Shown here one piece after another: positions 37,861 to 51,655 of a DNA stretch of 64,000 nt. The DNA lies in assembly GCF_001194135.2 (NCBI RefSeq), contig NC_068995.1, positions 7,862,659 through 7,926,658 on the forward strand, given 5' to 3'. Below the pieces are notes generated by a model that was not told the origin of the DNA, searched no databases, and saw only the letters and a list, made by a program, of their open reading frames with translations. The stretch comes from Octopus bimaculoides (lineage: Eukaryota). Every line of letters starts with the position of its first letter. Position 1 is the first letter of the stretch. The position numbers and the translations under genes were made by a program.

Positions 37861-38333
37861 ATACACATAGGTAGGTATGTTATATTTGCATACTTGCATA
37901 CGTATTTGCATTTGGCTATTTGTACAATATTCTCTCGATAATTCTCTCTCACCCCTACGCACTCTCTCTTCCCTTTTCTCTCATTCTCCCTCTCTCTTTT
38001 GTTTATATATATATATATATATATACATACCTACACACATACACACATAGGATCATTCATTTGTACATGCATTTGTGTGTGTGTGTGTGTGTGTGTGTAC
38101 ATATATAAATGTTTCTAGGTTGACAAATTGAATTTGTTTCGATCGCTCCCGTCCCTGTAGAGAATAAAACGTCGTAACCAGATTAAGAAATCTTTAAATA
38201 CATGTTTACTTATGTTTTAAGAAATTGGGGTTTCTTAATCGACTTCAAGTATCCACAGCAATTTATATAGAATCAGAATAGTGACGTTACTAGGCCCTCC
38301 TTATATAAACATGTAACAGCACATGCTCACAAA

Positions 38334-38372
<39 letters not shown>

Positions 38373-38763
38373 GCATATATATACATATGTGTGTGTGTGT
38401 ATATATGTATTTATGCATGTGTGTATATATGTTTGTGTATGTGTGAGCGTGACCGCGTGTGTGTTTTGTGTGTTATATGTGTGTTTGTGTGTGTGTGTGT
38501 GTGTCATATGTGAATGCACGTCTGTGTATTGTGTCGTGTATGTATTTCTGTTCGCGTATAAGAAGTTGGTATTGCATTTTTTTAACCTTTAGCTTAAGTC
38601 AAGCAGGATCGATATTCATCATGTTATTATTTGATGGAATCTGTGTGTTCGTGTAACTGTGAGTAGTGACGAAATTGATCATTAAATCATTGCAAAGAGT
38701 CATAAACTATATATGTGTGGGTGCGAGCATGCGGGGTGTCTGCATGTGTTTGTCTACATATTC

Positions 38764-39281
38764 CTTTCTACTCTAGGCACAAGGCCCGAAATTTTGGGGG
38801 AGCGGGCCAGTCGATTAGATCAGCCCCATTACGCAACTGGTAATTTTTTCTAATCTAGGCAAAAGGGCCAAAATATTTGGGAAGTGGGTGACAAGTCGAT
38901 TAAATCAGTCCCAATACGCCACTGGTACTTAATTCATCGTCTCCGAAAGGATGAAAGGCAAAGTTGACCTCGGCGGAATTTGAACTCAGAACGTAAAGGC
39001 AGATGAAATACCGCTAAGCATTTCGCCCGGCGTGCTAACGTGTTTGTTATTTCTTTACTGTCCACAAGGAACTAAGTATAGAGGGGACAAACAAGGACAC
39101 ACAAAGGGATTAAGTCGATTACATCGAGCCCAGTGCGTAACTGGTACTTATTCAATGGACCCTGAAAGGATGAAAGGCTAAGTTGACCTCGGCGGAATTT
39201 GATCTCAGAACGCAGCGGCAGACGAAATACCGCTAAGCATTTTGCCCGGCGTGCTAACGTTTCTGCTAGCCCGCCACCTTA
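38764..39281 (-). mobile_element. Cluster of three family B SINE copies (one 3' fragment, two longer), same orientation
   Basis: Repeated TAGGCACAAGG..GTCGATTA.ATC..CTGGTA and GAAAGGATGAAAGGC..GACCTCGGCGGAATTTGA.CTCAGAACG. Confidence 0.85.
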
Positions 39282-39309
39282 GTGTTTCTCTATATATTGG
39301 CGCTACGTT

Positions 39310-39465
39310 GGGTACGATGACGTAGCAGACGGAATCGACCCCAGTTGATCGGATCAACAGAACATGCTCGTGAAATCAACTTGCAGGTGACTAAGCTCGC
39401 CACGGACACACGTAACCTGAACCTAGTTCTGAGGGAGACAAAGTGACACAGAATGTAACAAGGGC
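39310..39465 (-). mobile_element. Family A-related SINE 3' fragment
   Basis: CCAGTTGATCGGATCAACAGAACATGCTCGTGAAATCAAC is the reverse complement of the family A 3' end. Confidence 0.65.
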
Positions 39466-39577
39466 GACCATTTTATTTCGAGGTACCACTATTTTTTTGC
39501 CAGCAGAGTGAATTGTTGCAAGGTGAAATAAAGTCCTACACACACACACGCAACACGCAACACACACACACACACGC

Positions 39578-39610
<33 letters not shown>

Positions 39611-40024
39611 TTTTTTTATTTCTCTGTCACTCTCTTTATTTCTCTCTGCCACGCTCTTTCTTTCTCTTTTTCTTTCTATCTCTTGTCTTCTCCTCTCTTT
39701 TTTCTCTTTTTGTCTCTCCCCCATCTCTCTTGCTATTAACATCAACATTAAGAAGTTTGTTAGTATCTCTAGCTTTAGATTGTCGTTAGATGAACCACAT
39801 TTCTAAAATTAGTGAAATATCGAAGGTGTCTTGGCAACACTCAGTAAGACATTCATCAGCTGCTCACTGGCTATATATGACTATGATACCTCCATGCTGA
39901 CAGTTTCCATCTCCTGTCTGGATCATCCATCCTGTTCAGAATATCGATCAACTGGAATCAGTCGTGCAACCGGACGGATGTGTCACTTTCTGGCGAAGAG
40001 AGAAACTAATGTTTCGACATCAAG

Positions 40025-40300
40025 CACCTTACTTTATAGAAGTGCACACAATTATCTACCACCTTTCTAATAAACAAATTTGACCACCTTTTTTCAGACC
40101 AACATGGATACTACTCGTCGACACGCTTATAAATACAAAAAACCAAGTGCAGCATTTTCTGAATTTCGGAATTCTTTCTTCCTGGTGAGAAATATCGTAG
40201 CATGGATAAATTACCTGCGTCAGCTTTTAGGTCTCTGGATTCTGGCTCCTTCATAATGGTCATATACCTCGAAATCTGTTATCACTATACCTGACATCCT
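40025..40300 (+). mobile_element. CR1/L2-group LINE 3' end, degenerate
   Basis: TRRHAYKYKKPS..FRNSFFLVRNIVAW(N)KLPASAFRSLDSGSF resembles CR1 TRGH..K...R..FFS.RVV..WN.LP. Confidence 0.7.
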
Positions 40301-40786
40301 TTGGTTATGTACCCTGAAATTCGCCAACACAACTCTCGACGTTCTTATTCACCCTTCCCTATTTATAGATCCTTTACGATCCAATTCCCTGTCTTCTTGT
40401 TTTGTGTTTTATTCAATATACTATGTTTTTATATCAGGCTTTCATTGCCGCCTTTCTTTACTTGATTTATTGCTGTTTCTGTCACCATATTCCGGTGGGC
40501 TGTAACGCATCAATGCCCATCGTTCCTCAATGGCCTTTGAGCTGATTCATCTCGTCGGCGCTTTGAGTGAATCGTTTCCTGCTTATTGGTGAACAAACTA
40601 AACTTGCAGCATATATTGATTAACTTCGATAATATTAATATGCGTGTGTAATTGTTTGCATATACATACATACATACATACGTACATACATACATATATG
40701 TATATGTGAAATGATAGAAGGCAGATTGGATATCTATATATATAAAATAAAAATATAAATAAATGCAAACTTTTAAAGTCTAGCCA

Positions 40787-41016
40787 GGCTCATGGGCCCG
40801 GTTTCCCGGTTTCAATGGCGTATGTGTTCCCCTCCACAGCTGGATGGGACGCCAGTCCATCACAGCGTTACTCATTTTTGCCCGCTGAGTGGACTGGAGC
40901 AACGTGAAATGAAGTGTTTTGTTCAAGAACACAACGCGTCGCCCGGTCCAGGAATCGAAACCACAATCTTACGATCATGTTGCCGACAGCCTAACCACTA
41001 AGCCACGTGCCTCCAC
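40787..41016 (-). mobile_element. Family D tRNA-derived SINE with V-domain-like core
   Basis: Minus strand GTGGAGGCACGTGGCTTAGTGGTTAGG..TTTCGATTCC head, then GATGGACTGGCGTCCCATCCAG (V-SINE-like) and a GAAACCGGG tail. Confidence 0.75.
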
Positions 41017-43087
41017 ACACCCACACACACACATATATACACCTGTGTGTATGTATAAATGTATGTATGTACAAGCGTATATAATTGTGCGCGTATGTAT
41101 ATACAGTGATCACTTGTATTGCAGTTCAACTATCGCGGTAGGTTTTGGAACGTAACACCCGCGATAGTCGAGGGATTATTGTATGTGTATTTACATCTAT
41201 AATATTGTGTTCATATAAAACGGAGTTCCCAGATATCTGAGTTTAATATAGATGGCATCCAATTGCAGTTGGACTCATTTTCATAAGTGATTCATTGGTT
41301 TATAACTTCTGTATTGCTGCAATCGAAATTGCTCTCTACCTTTGACACCCAAGACGGACAGGCGTAGAGATGAGACAGACTTCACGTAGATAAGCTGCAT
41401 TTTATACATAGAAATACTAAATCTATTAATCCAAGTGCTTGGGTGAAGAAATAATAAACTATTGATTGCACCTACGTGTATCTGTTTCTAATAAACCATC
41501 AAATCCATAATCTTGTCAATACAATGGAATGGTATTGATCTTTCTGACAAACAGTTTATTCGAATTTATTCATGTTTGTTTATTTCGTGGATGGATAAAA
41601 ATGTAAAGATGACAATTGCGGCTGTTGGATAAGTTCCTTTGACAAGGGTCTGATAGTTAAAAAGGATGCAAACCTAGCATCGTAATGCCACCGGAAATAT
41701 TACCGCAAGTCGAAGTCCACCAACACTGAACCACCACTTATAACCTAAACGTTATATGCAGGCATCGAAATAAGGGTTAGCTAACAGCAATACATATTAT
41801 TAGGGATGGAATTTTTGGCAAATATTGGAAACCCATAATCATTGGCATACCATAATTCAAACTATCTTTTTTCTCGATTACCAACAAATGCCAGACGTCC
41901 TGCACATTCCTGCACATAAAATAAACGCTGAATTATTTCGTTTTACACAGCTTTAAACGATAAAACATAAGAAACTTTAAAACATAACGAACCCCCTATT
42001 CATAATTAGATAAGTATTGCACGTTGCTTTATATAACTAATATCCAGGGATATCATTATAGAACAATTTAACCTTGTATTACATAAGTACTAATTGATGG
42101 TTAGAAACATTACCATTTCTACAGATATTTTCTATTCTATTTTATTTTACTCTTCTCGCTATTTTCCTCTTCAATAACATATTAATTCCATGTATATAGA
42201 ATAGAACACATAATTTTCTTGCCGTCAAGTATTCGGGAACTAAATGTCTATGATTAAATGCAATCTCGCTATCGTGAATATTAAACGGACGGCAAAATAC
42301 ACCAACGGTCATTTGTGTATAATATATATATATATATATATAGGTAGGTAGGTAGATGTATGTATGTATGTATGTATCTCTCTCTCTCTATACATACATA
42401 CATACATATATATATATATATCTATATATATATATATATGCATGTATGTATATGCGTGTAATGAGTGGTCGCCATTTTCTTTTCTAGGTAATGGCTACTC
42501 ATTTCCGTCCTGACCGATATACAAATTTTGTTTGTTTCTTTTTTTTTTCCAATAGGCGTGGTTGAGAGTAAAAGATACCGTGAGAGAGAATGAAATGATT
42601 GAAAGAAGAGATAGAGGCTAGAGTTAGCAAAAATGAACGGGGGTGGGGGAAGATAAAGTAAGAAAGGCGAGTAAAGAAGAGGATAAATGAAGAGATGGGG
42701 CTGTATAGAAAAAGGAAATAATTTGAGTATAGAGAAGTATGTATATATATATATACTGAGAGGCATAGGTAGAGATGGGCAAAGAAAGAGAGAGAGGTGG
42801 AACAGACAAAGCCAAAGAGAACGTGTGTGTGTGTATGTGTGATAGAAAGCTATTCAGAAATGATATCCGTTTATCTTGCCTGCCTTACAGGTCATTATTA
42901 ACCGAAACCTATCATAAGAGGCGACAGCAACAAAAAGAAAGAAATTTATAAACAGCAACAATAACAACAACAACAGTAAAAATAACACAAAACAACTATT
43001 ATTAATACCCAAATGATATTGTGACTCCTAATATCCCAGATATACAAACCTACACACATACATACACACATATAGATATGTCTGTAT

Positions 43088-43126
<39 letters not shown>

Positions 43127-45458
43127 TTTATGTATATTCGTATGTATGTATATTTGTATGTATTGATGCATTATATGATCATTGAGGATATTAATTTGCA
43201 GTGTGTCATCATAGGAGACATTTCTTTGGGTGATGTCTATAAATACACCCGAATGATGAATAATTCACAGCAATAACCTTGCCATATACGGCTATTGATC
43301 AGAACAGTTTGTTTCCAAATTATTCTCATCTTTAGTCTGATTCAGTCTAGTTCCGCTGAGGATGGAGTAATTAATTGTCCATTGTTACTCTTACAAGCAT
43401 CCATTACTAACGTGTGTGTGTGTGTGTGTGTGTGCTTAGATAGGTAAATAGATAAATTTATGAATGTGTGTGTGTGTATCTGTATTTATTTATGTATGTA
43501 TATACATACATCAATACACAGACAGACACACATGTATATATATACATACATATGTATATATACATATATATATGTATATAAACATATATATACACACACA
43601 CACATAAACACATATTGTTTTATTCTTTTATGCGTTTTATCCCGAAGGCTGTGGGCCTGCTGTAGCACCGCGAGAGTAATCACCTTGTCACTGGCCAATC
43701 TTATGTGACTGGAGATATAAATTGGCATATAGATCCAAATATGTAGCTGTTTCTTTTCTCTCTTTCTCTCTCTCTGTCTCTATCTCTCTCCCCCCTCTCT
43801 CTCTCTCTCTGTAAACGTACAAGCACTTACATATTTACGCACACACACACATATCTACATGTATATATAAATATTCTCGTATCTATTTGTTCATTGATGT
43901 TCCGGCCTCATTTCTGTTTTTCCTTACTATTGTACGCGGGTATATATATGTATGTATATATATATGTATGTATATGTATATATATATGTNNNNNNNNNNN
44001 NNNNNNNNNNNNNNNNNNNNNNNNNNNNNNNNNNNNNNNNNNNNNNNNNNNNNNNNNNNNNNNNNNNNNNNNNNNNNNNNNNNNNNNNNTACATACACAT
44101 ACATATGTGTATATATGTATGCACATATATATATATATATATTAAATAGTTTGGAGTGGCGTGTATATGTCTTTTAGTGTGTTGAAATTTTGAGAAAAGC
44201 ACTGACAGAGTTTGGACCACTTGGTGTCATGAGCAGTTGGAGTATATTTCCATTGGATCTACTTCAGGAATTCTGCAGTGTTAGTTGAGATCAAGAATTA
44301 CTGTTTTCTTCAACAGAAGGATTCTAATTTAATAAATTGCAATGTGGGTCAAATAAAAATATTACTCCGAGCGAATGAGATAGAACGATAAATTTCAAAT
44401 TGGATTCGCCTCATTCTACATTAAACCGCTTTACCATCAGCAGAAATATGAATTATATTGTTTATAATATTTATAAATATATCTGGAAATATCCTACTTT
44501 GAAGCCGACATTCAATAACTCCTAATATAAAATATTGTGTTATTAGATTATTAAACCCAGTTCCAGATACAAAAGAGAATCAAAGATAAGGCCGAAATGA
44601 GAACCCGATTAATATATCCAAACTATTCATGGTGTGTGGGTTTAATTTGAAAGTTTGAGACGGAAATATTACGCCATCGGAAACCAATAGAAAATTTGAG
44701 AAATTTATCCATCTGAGATAAGTTGTTATAAGTTGTTAAAAATATGAGATCTTAATGATTATTAATCTCATTTTAGACTATATTTACATCTATCTTTAGC
44801 GATCGTAGCTTCATTTATGCTACATATATCCATCGGTTTGATTACTATTTTTCCATCGTTGCATAGTGATTAATCCCATCTTAATCAATCTCATCTGAAA
44901 TATTAAGTTGAGAATAATATGAAGATGGTAAAGTAGGAGACATTATGCCGAACTAATGTAGATGTAACACGAACAGTTCCCAGGTTAAAAACGTCTGAAC
45001 ATCAATATTTATGAACTGAACTCTGCAGAGCGTTATTTGAAGAATTGTGTATAATATACCATGGTTGGTATTAAGAAAATGATGTTGTACATAGTAGCAT
45101 ATAATGAAGAGGTGCATTTGCTCAGCTTTCTGTAGATCTATTATTCTATAATGAATCTTAAAATAAGCATCCTCAAATTAGCAGAATCGTGGACAATGTA
45201 CATAGCTACGGAGAAAAAGGCCTTTGAGATGTAGATTTTTCAGATTGGCCAAGATGAGCTACACAGAGAGATTCATAAATTGTGTTGTGCCACAAATGTT
45301 GCAATTCAAACGACATCTCTTTTTGATAATCAAGTCCAAAAGCTAAAGCATTTTGGACTTACAATACACCACAACTCACTGCCTCAAGAGTACCTCCAGG
45401 GGAATGTTAGGTCACAGCCACAAGACCAATTCCAGAGGAATATAAAGAGCAAGAGGCT

Positions 45459-45503
<45 letters not shown>

Positions 45504-45898
45504 TTATGTGTACATGTATACATATTTATATGTATGTGTGTGTGTTTATCTGTATGTATTGTGTTCACGGGTAAGCGTGCAAGCATTTGTGAATATATGT
45601 GGGCGTTTTTGTATGCGCGTGTGTGAATATGCGTGTAAACAATAACAATGTATATGGGAGTTTTATTCAACAATTTTGAAAACTGGACAGCATTTACAAA
45701 TTAACGAAGTAAAATGTCTATATTCCCACTAACTTTACCAAAAATTACAATCAAATTTTCATCAAACCAAACGTTGTCCGAGCTATGGTATTTCAAATAA
45801 GGATATATTAAATAGAGTAAGAATAGATAAAATAGTGTTATATATGTCTTTTGTATAGTCAAGACTGGACTGCTTTTTTGGACTGCTTATTCTCCTAC

Positions 45899-45957
45899 CT
45901 CAATGGCAACAGTAACAAGACGAACATGACCAAGAACAGCAGCAGTTTCACCAACAT
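45899..45957 (-). CDS. OLF gene first coding exon: signal peptide MLVKLLLFLVMFVLLLLPL(S)
   Basis: ATG at 45957 with an upstream in-frame stop; n-region Lys plus hydrophobic core; donor GAG|gtagga in phase 2 joins exon 2 to give LPLSA/DVV, a plausible cleavage site. Confidence 0.7.
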
Positions 45958-46169
45958 GTAACAGCAGCAATACCCTTCCAGGCAATTTCCTTACGGCTCA
46001 CATTTTTCAAATATATTTTACCCCATTGAAGTAAATAGGCAGTGGTTTTAAACCTTTGGGAATGATGCTAGAAATAACAGCCAGATTTGCCTCGAATGAA
46101 AGAATACTAGAAGCGAATGGATGGTTGCGTTTGGAAGCCTCCTTCTCAACGATCGGGCGAATTAAAATT

Positions 46170-46450
46170 GAGAGGGGCTCAAAACAAGAACAAAAACAGA
46201 AAAAGCAAGAACAATGACAAATACAAGATGTACCAAGGACACAAAGCCTCTAAACGGTCGCATGCCTACTAGAAATAGCAGTCAAATCTGCCTGGAATTA
46301 GACCTAACTGTCAGAAAAAGGACAACATGGATAATATTAACCTGGACTAATTATTCACAAGATAAAGAGAGACAGCTTGCCGCTAGAATACATTATTGAG
46401 CATAATCTGAAACTAAACATAAGTAACGTTCCTAAGATTCCCTTTAAATT
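46170..46450 (+). mobile_element. Possible very degenerate Tc1/Tc3-type transposase remnant
   Basis: SSQICLELDLTVRKRTTWIIL..LEYIIEH loosely resembles the Tc3-type second HTH region. Weak. Confidence 0.3.
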
Positions 46451-46677
46451 GTGGTATCAATGTAAATCTGGAATCGATAAAATAAAGTACGATACATACA
46501 CTAGAATCGATTTAATCGAAAAAGAATTGGTCTCAGGTTTATGTTTCTGGCATTACCCGTACGTTGGAGAGAACGAAGAAAGTTTGCATTCTGAAAGTTT
46601 TTTCTCGAAATACGTTTGAGTTTGTTTTACACGTGTACATGAATGTGTGTATGGACGTGCTTGTGCATGTATGTATG

Positions 46678-46730
<53 letters not shown>

Positions 46731-46844
46731 NNNNNNNNNNAAGAATATATTAGACTTTATAAGACTTTAAAAGAGATGCTGAAAGTGCCGTCCTTCATTT
46801 TTAATTCATAAGTTGACTCTTTTACACATGTTTTGAAATACATC

Positions 46845-46882
46845 TTGGAGAAAAAGCTTCACTGTGTAGAGACTTTTTGAAC

Positions 46883-46892
<10 letters not shown>
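46845..46892 (-). mobile_element. Tc1/mariner-type terminal inverted repeat end
   Basis: Minus strand TATAGGGTGTTCAAAAAGTCTCTAC begins at a TA within (TA)n, like TACAGGGTG-type TIRs; partner end not found. Confidence 0.45.
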
Positions 46893-46933
<41 letters not shown>

Positions 46934-47319
46934 ATGTATACGTTTCTGCAAGCAAACTTATATAGTGAGCATGCAATGAGTATGGAATTTACTTCCATTT
47001 CCGTAGATCGAAAGACAAAAATTAACATCCTACATCGATTATCTAACCTTATTGAAGTTTCGTCAGATGTGTGTACATTATTTGAGCAATCCCAAAGAAA
47101 CAAGTATCGATAAGTGAATGCTTAAGTCGCAGTTCGAACTCCGTGCCTTCGCTATCTTCAAGCGAGTATTTACTCGTAAAGGCGTGAAAGATCGAGTCAC
47201 GAGATAAACATTCATTTTCCGTAAACTACACAAACTACAACATATATCAAGCACGCTGCAAATTGAATTCAGTACACCAGTTTCACTGGTTAACATTCGT
47301 GAGTCTGTACATGCGCGCG

Positions 47320-47353
<34 letters not shown>

Positions 47354-49177
47354 TATGCATATATAAAGACATAGATAGACAGACAGACAGACAGAAAGAT
47401 AGACAGATAGATAAATAGCTACATAAAATACATACATGGATAAACAGATAGACAGATACGTACATACACAGATAGACGAATAGATGGATAGATACATTGA
47501 TAAACAGATAAACAGATGAATAGATACATACATAATGCATAGATATATAGATAGACCAACAGACAGAGATGGATGGATGCATGCATAGATAGATAGATAC
47601 ATAGATTTGACAGTAAGCGAGAGAGGTGGGTGTGTGTGTGTGTGTGTGTGTGTACACACACATGTACACGAATGTTGCTTACGTAATAATCACCTATATA
47701 TGTTATGATTGTAACTACAAATACATGTGCATATATGTGCGTATGCGTGTACCTACGTGCGCGCGCGTGTGTGTATATGTGCAATGGCACTAATAAATCT
47801 AAATAAAATACAGTTGAAAAGAACGCAATGAAACGACTACAATAAATGTTGGAAAAACAACAAACACCGATATTTAGACGAAAAGAGAACAAGATCTATT
47901 TATTCCGTAAACTGAAGGTTACAGAGTCACATCAGAATTTGATATATTATAGATGAATACATTTAAACAATTACACAAATGTACAACCAAGGCAGAGTTA
48001 GCTTATTTGCGGCCATTGACACACAAAGAAGACATTTACAAAAACGCTTACTGAACGCCTAGCCTTAATACATTATCACATTTCCCCAGACACTTTTGAA
48101 ATTGTTATTAATATTTCTATTATGTTATGGCAAGTGACGTTTCGAATTTCTATTGATCATCATCTAACTGCGGGTGTCTACTGAGCTAGCCACCTGCGAA
48201 GTTACATATGTCGACTATGCAGCCTCTACATTTTACTCGTCCAACTAGATATAGGAACCCGAATGTCCCTCACATTCATACGCTCTGTCTTTATCAATAA
48301 AGCGACATATACATTATGTAATGCATTAAAATTATGAATGAAATGTCACGACTCTTGTGTCTATGAACGTGAGTCTTTCTATTCGATACTGAATGATCTG
48401 ATGATTAACAACAGCAATAACAACAACAACAACATTAGCAATGAGATCAACAACTAGTAAGTCATACTAAGTTGTGCTTGTACGTTTGGAACGCAAGGTT
48501 TCAAACCTATGTGTTACTTAATACTTTTAAATTTGAGGTGTAGCTGTGTTTTTTTGTATAGCTTCAATGCGTAGGAATACCAGGCCATCTTATACAACTA
48601 TACCCATTTATATTAATACTGCCTATTGCTTGTCAAATTAACATAGAAGAAGGCAATATTATTAAGAACTACGTTGTATAGTGTTTTCATAACTATGTTG
48701 TATAGTTAATATACAATGATAGATTTAATTGATCAATAGGCTTTAGAACCATAACCTTGGTGTTGAGTGCAGTGAGAAGTGTACAGACTTACTAGAATTT
48801 ACGATCAGATCTACATATGAGAATAACTTTCATTATGCCATCCCTCATAAAATTCCTCGTCAAGCTAACGATTCACCAAGCAATAGTCAATATATTTCTA
48901 CGCTAAGGTTGATAAGACACAGTCATATTTCCAACGTGATATGAGACAGTAAAAGTTTCATCATCATTAAATACAAATTAAATATACATTGAAAGCGTAT
49001 AAAGGTTCCACAAATGATATTTGTTTAAGTGGTTATCTTAACACCACATCGAAATGGAAGCAACATATATCATCATATTATTTCTTAATTTTTTTTTTTT
49101 TTTGAACAAAATGCTGTATCGAAACAAGTAAAATAAATGTGTGAGTGTGTGTATATATATGTATATATATATAAATG

Positions 49178-49214
<37 letters not shown>

Positions 49215-49589
49215 ATATATATTCAAGTGAAAGAAGCTGCACCAGCTGCCATTTATTTCATGGTACATATTTGTGTGTTTCGGTATGAGAGTGGTTAGAT
49301 GCGGGATGCTATTTGGGTATGTTTATACATATTTATGAGAGATGTCTAGAGATGCATACATATGTACACATATATGCATACATACTATTTATCGTTTCGC
49401 TCTCTCTCTCTCTCTCTCCTCTTTCTCTCATCTCTCTTTATATATATATACATATATATATATATATACAAATTAAAAGGGTAAAGGATTATCAATTTAT
49501 TAATTAAATCAATTAACAATTTTTACCAAGCCCATCGGTATGAAAGCACCATTATTGGTGGATAACTTATTTAAAAGCTCATATATATT

Positions 49590-49721
49590 TATAAATATAA
49601 TTAAGGGATCGGCAAATGTTTGCTTCACCATATACCGAAGTTCAGAAATAGCAGCTAAAAAAGCTGAGAACTTCGGTATATGGTGAAGCAAATATTTGCT
49701 GATCCCTTAATTATATTTATA
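49590..49721. repeat. 54-bp inverted repeat (fold-back) with a mini-hairpin in its 24-nt loop
   Basis: 49590-49643 versus 49668-49721, 2 mismatches; loop contains CAGCT-AAAAA-AGCTG. Confidence 0.9.
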
Positions 49722-49818
49722 TACATATATAGATATGTACATATATAGATATGTATGTTTATATATAGATATGTACATATATAGATATGTATGTTTATAT
49801 ATATATATATTTATATAT

Positions 49819-49850
<32 letters not shown>

Positions 49851-49856
<6 letters not shown>

Positions 49857-49907
49857 TTAGGGAAAATAACCAATTTTCAAGAACTCATCGATGAAAATCC
49901 ACTATCA
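49851..49907 (+). repeat. 57-nt segment identical to one arm of the 4.2-kb fold-back
   Basis: ATAGTTTTAGGGAAAATAACCAATTTTCAAGAACTCATCGATGAAAATCCACTATCA also at 4238-4294; both sit in (TA)n. Confidence 0.9.
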
Positions 49908-49934
49908 TATATATATATATATATTATTATTATA

Positions 49935-49967
<33 letters not shown>

Positions 49968-50077
49968 GTATTTCCTTAGAAGCGTACATATATGCCTGTA
50001 TACACACACACACACACACACACACGCATATATATATATATAAACATATATATATAGACATATATATACATATATAA

Positions 50078-50224
<147 letters not shown>

Positions 50225-50663
50225 TACGCACACATATATATTTATACGCACAGAAAAGATAAAATAAAGGTATATTACACAATGTGTGTAGGTGCATTGT
50301 GTGTGTGTGTGTGTGTGAGAGTGATGGCGCCTGTGTGTGCATGTGTGTAAAAACGAAAGTGTGGACAACAAAATGAAATGTGCGTACTTTATACAAGAGA
50401 AATTAGAGTACGATAATTGAAAGCAGAAACTGGATACGTTTCAATGTTATCAGTATGTTCTAACATATCTTTGGATACCAATGTAAAACAAAGCAAGAAA
50501 ATATATATTTAAAACCGTTATTATAAAAATTCTTGCAAAATTTCAGACAACGCTAATTGGCTGACATGGTAAACAAAAAAATATCAGTTAACAATATAAG
50601 ACTGTTTGAAGATTGAGGAGGCTTTACACTATAAACTGGTTAAAGTGAAATATGTGAAATAGG

Positions 50664-50709
<46 letters not shown>

Positions 50710-51113
50710 AATAATATATAACATTTATTTATGGGTAGAGGTCATCACCAACAAGTCAAATAAGATGAAATACGTAAAGAATGAGAAAGATAGATATGAG
50801 ATAGTATGTAAGTATATATATATATATATTGTTTTAATGTACATTGAATTTGTATGTGCTACAAAAGTGTTATGCATTGAATATATGACCACGTCCTGTT
50901 TTAAACCCTTAGGTCTCCAGTATGTATATGTGTGTGGTGGGTGGAGGAGAGTAAATGACAGATATCTTTCAACAATTGCTGGTGTAAAATACACCAATAA
51001 ATTTCTAAGAGGGAAAACTCGTGGCAGATAATATATCTTGTAATTCCGTCATCTTTCAATTTTTAAATTGCACAATGATAGATATATAGATATATGTATG
51101 TATATATATATAC

Positions 51114-51144
<31 letters not shown>

Positions 51145-51274
51145 ATATACACAACTTTAATTTTCAAAATTTGTGATCTAAGCGTCTTAATGTTTTCAAT
51201 AGTGTAGAATTTTCAATGTAATTATTCTTTTTCATTCGCGGTGCCATTATATTAAACATTTTCGAAGAGTAACC

Positions 51275-51655
51275 ATGCCACGCGCAAAAAATTGTGCAGA
51301 ACTGTCAGATTTTCAAAGAGGTCGTATTGTTAGGCAATCTGAGGCTCGTCTTAGCGAGCGAAAAATTGCCGAAATTCTTCAAATTCCTCTTGCTACTGTT
51401 AATAGAATTATAGTACAATTCAAAAGCAAAAGAAAAGGATCAACAGATTCTCGTCCCGGCCGACCTGGGTCCTCGGAAAGGAAGCTTCGCTGTTTGAAGA
51501 GAATGGTGAAAAACTAACCCCGCTCGAAGGCTTCTGTCATTGCAAAACAGCTAGAAGTTAGTCCAAGAACGTGTGTTACATATCTGCATAAGTTTGGGTA
51601 TTATGGACGAGCAGCTAGAAGAAAACCTCTCCTTCAACCAGTTAATATTAAATAG
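51275..51655 (+). mobile_element. Tc1-type transposase N-terminal DNA-binding fragment, pseudogene
   Basis: MPRAK..ELSDFQRGRIV..SERKIAEILQIPLATVNRII..RPGRP..*PR..IAKQLEVSPRT..LHKFGYYGRAARRKPLL; stop at 51515-51517; no DDE domain. Confidence 0.88.

Noticed and set aside
45355-45460. Minus-strand NWSCGCDL (LRRCT-like) segment and a GTAAGT donor
   Set aside because: No proper acceptor (tract ends in TGG or GAG), stops in all long frames, no LRR context.
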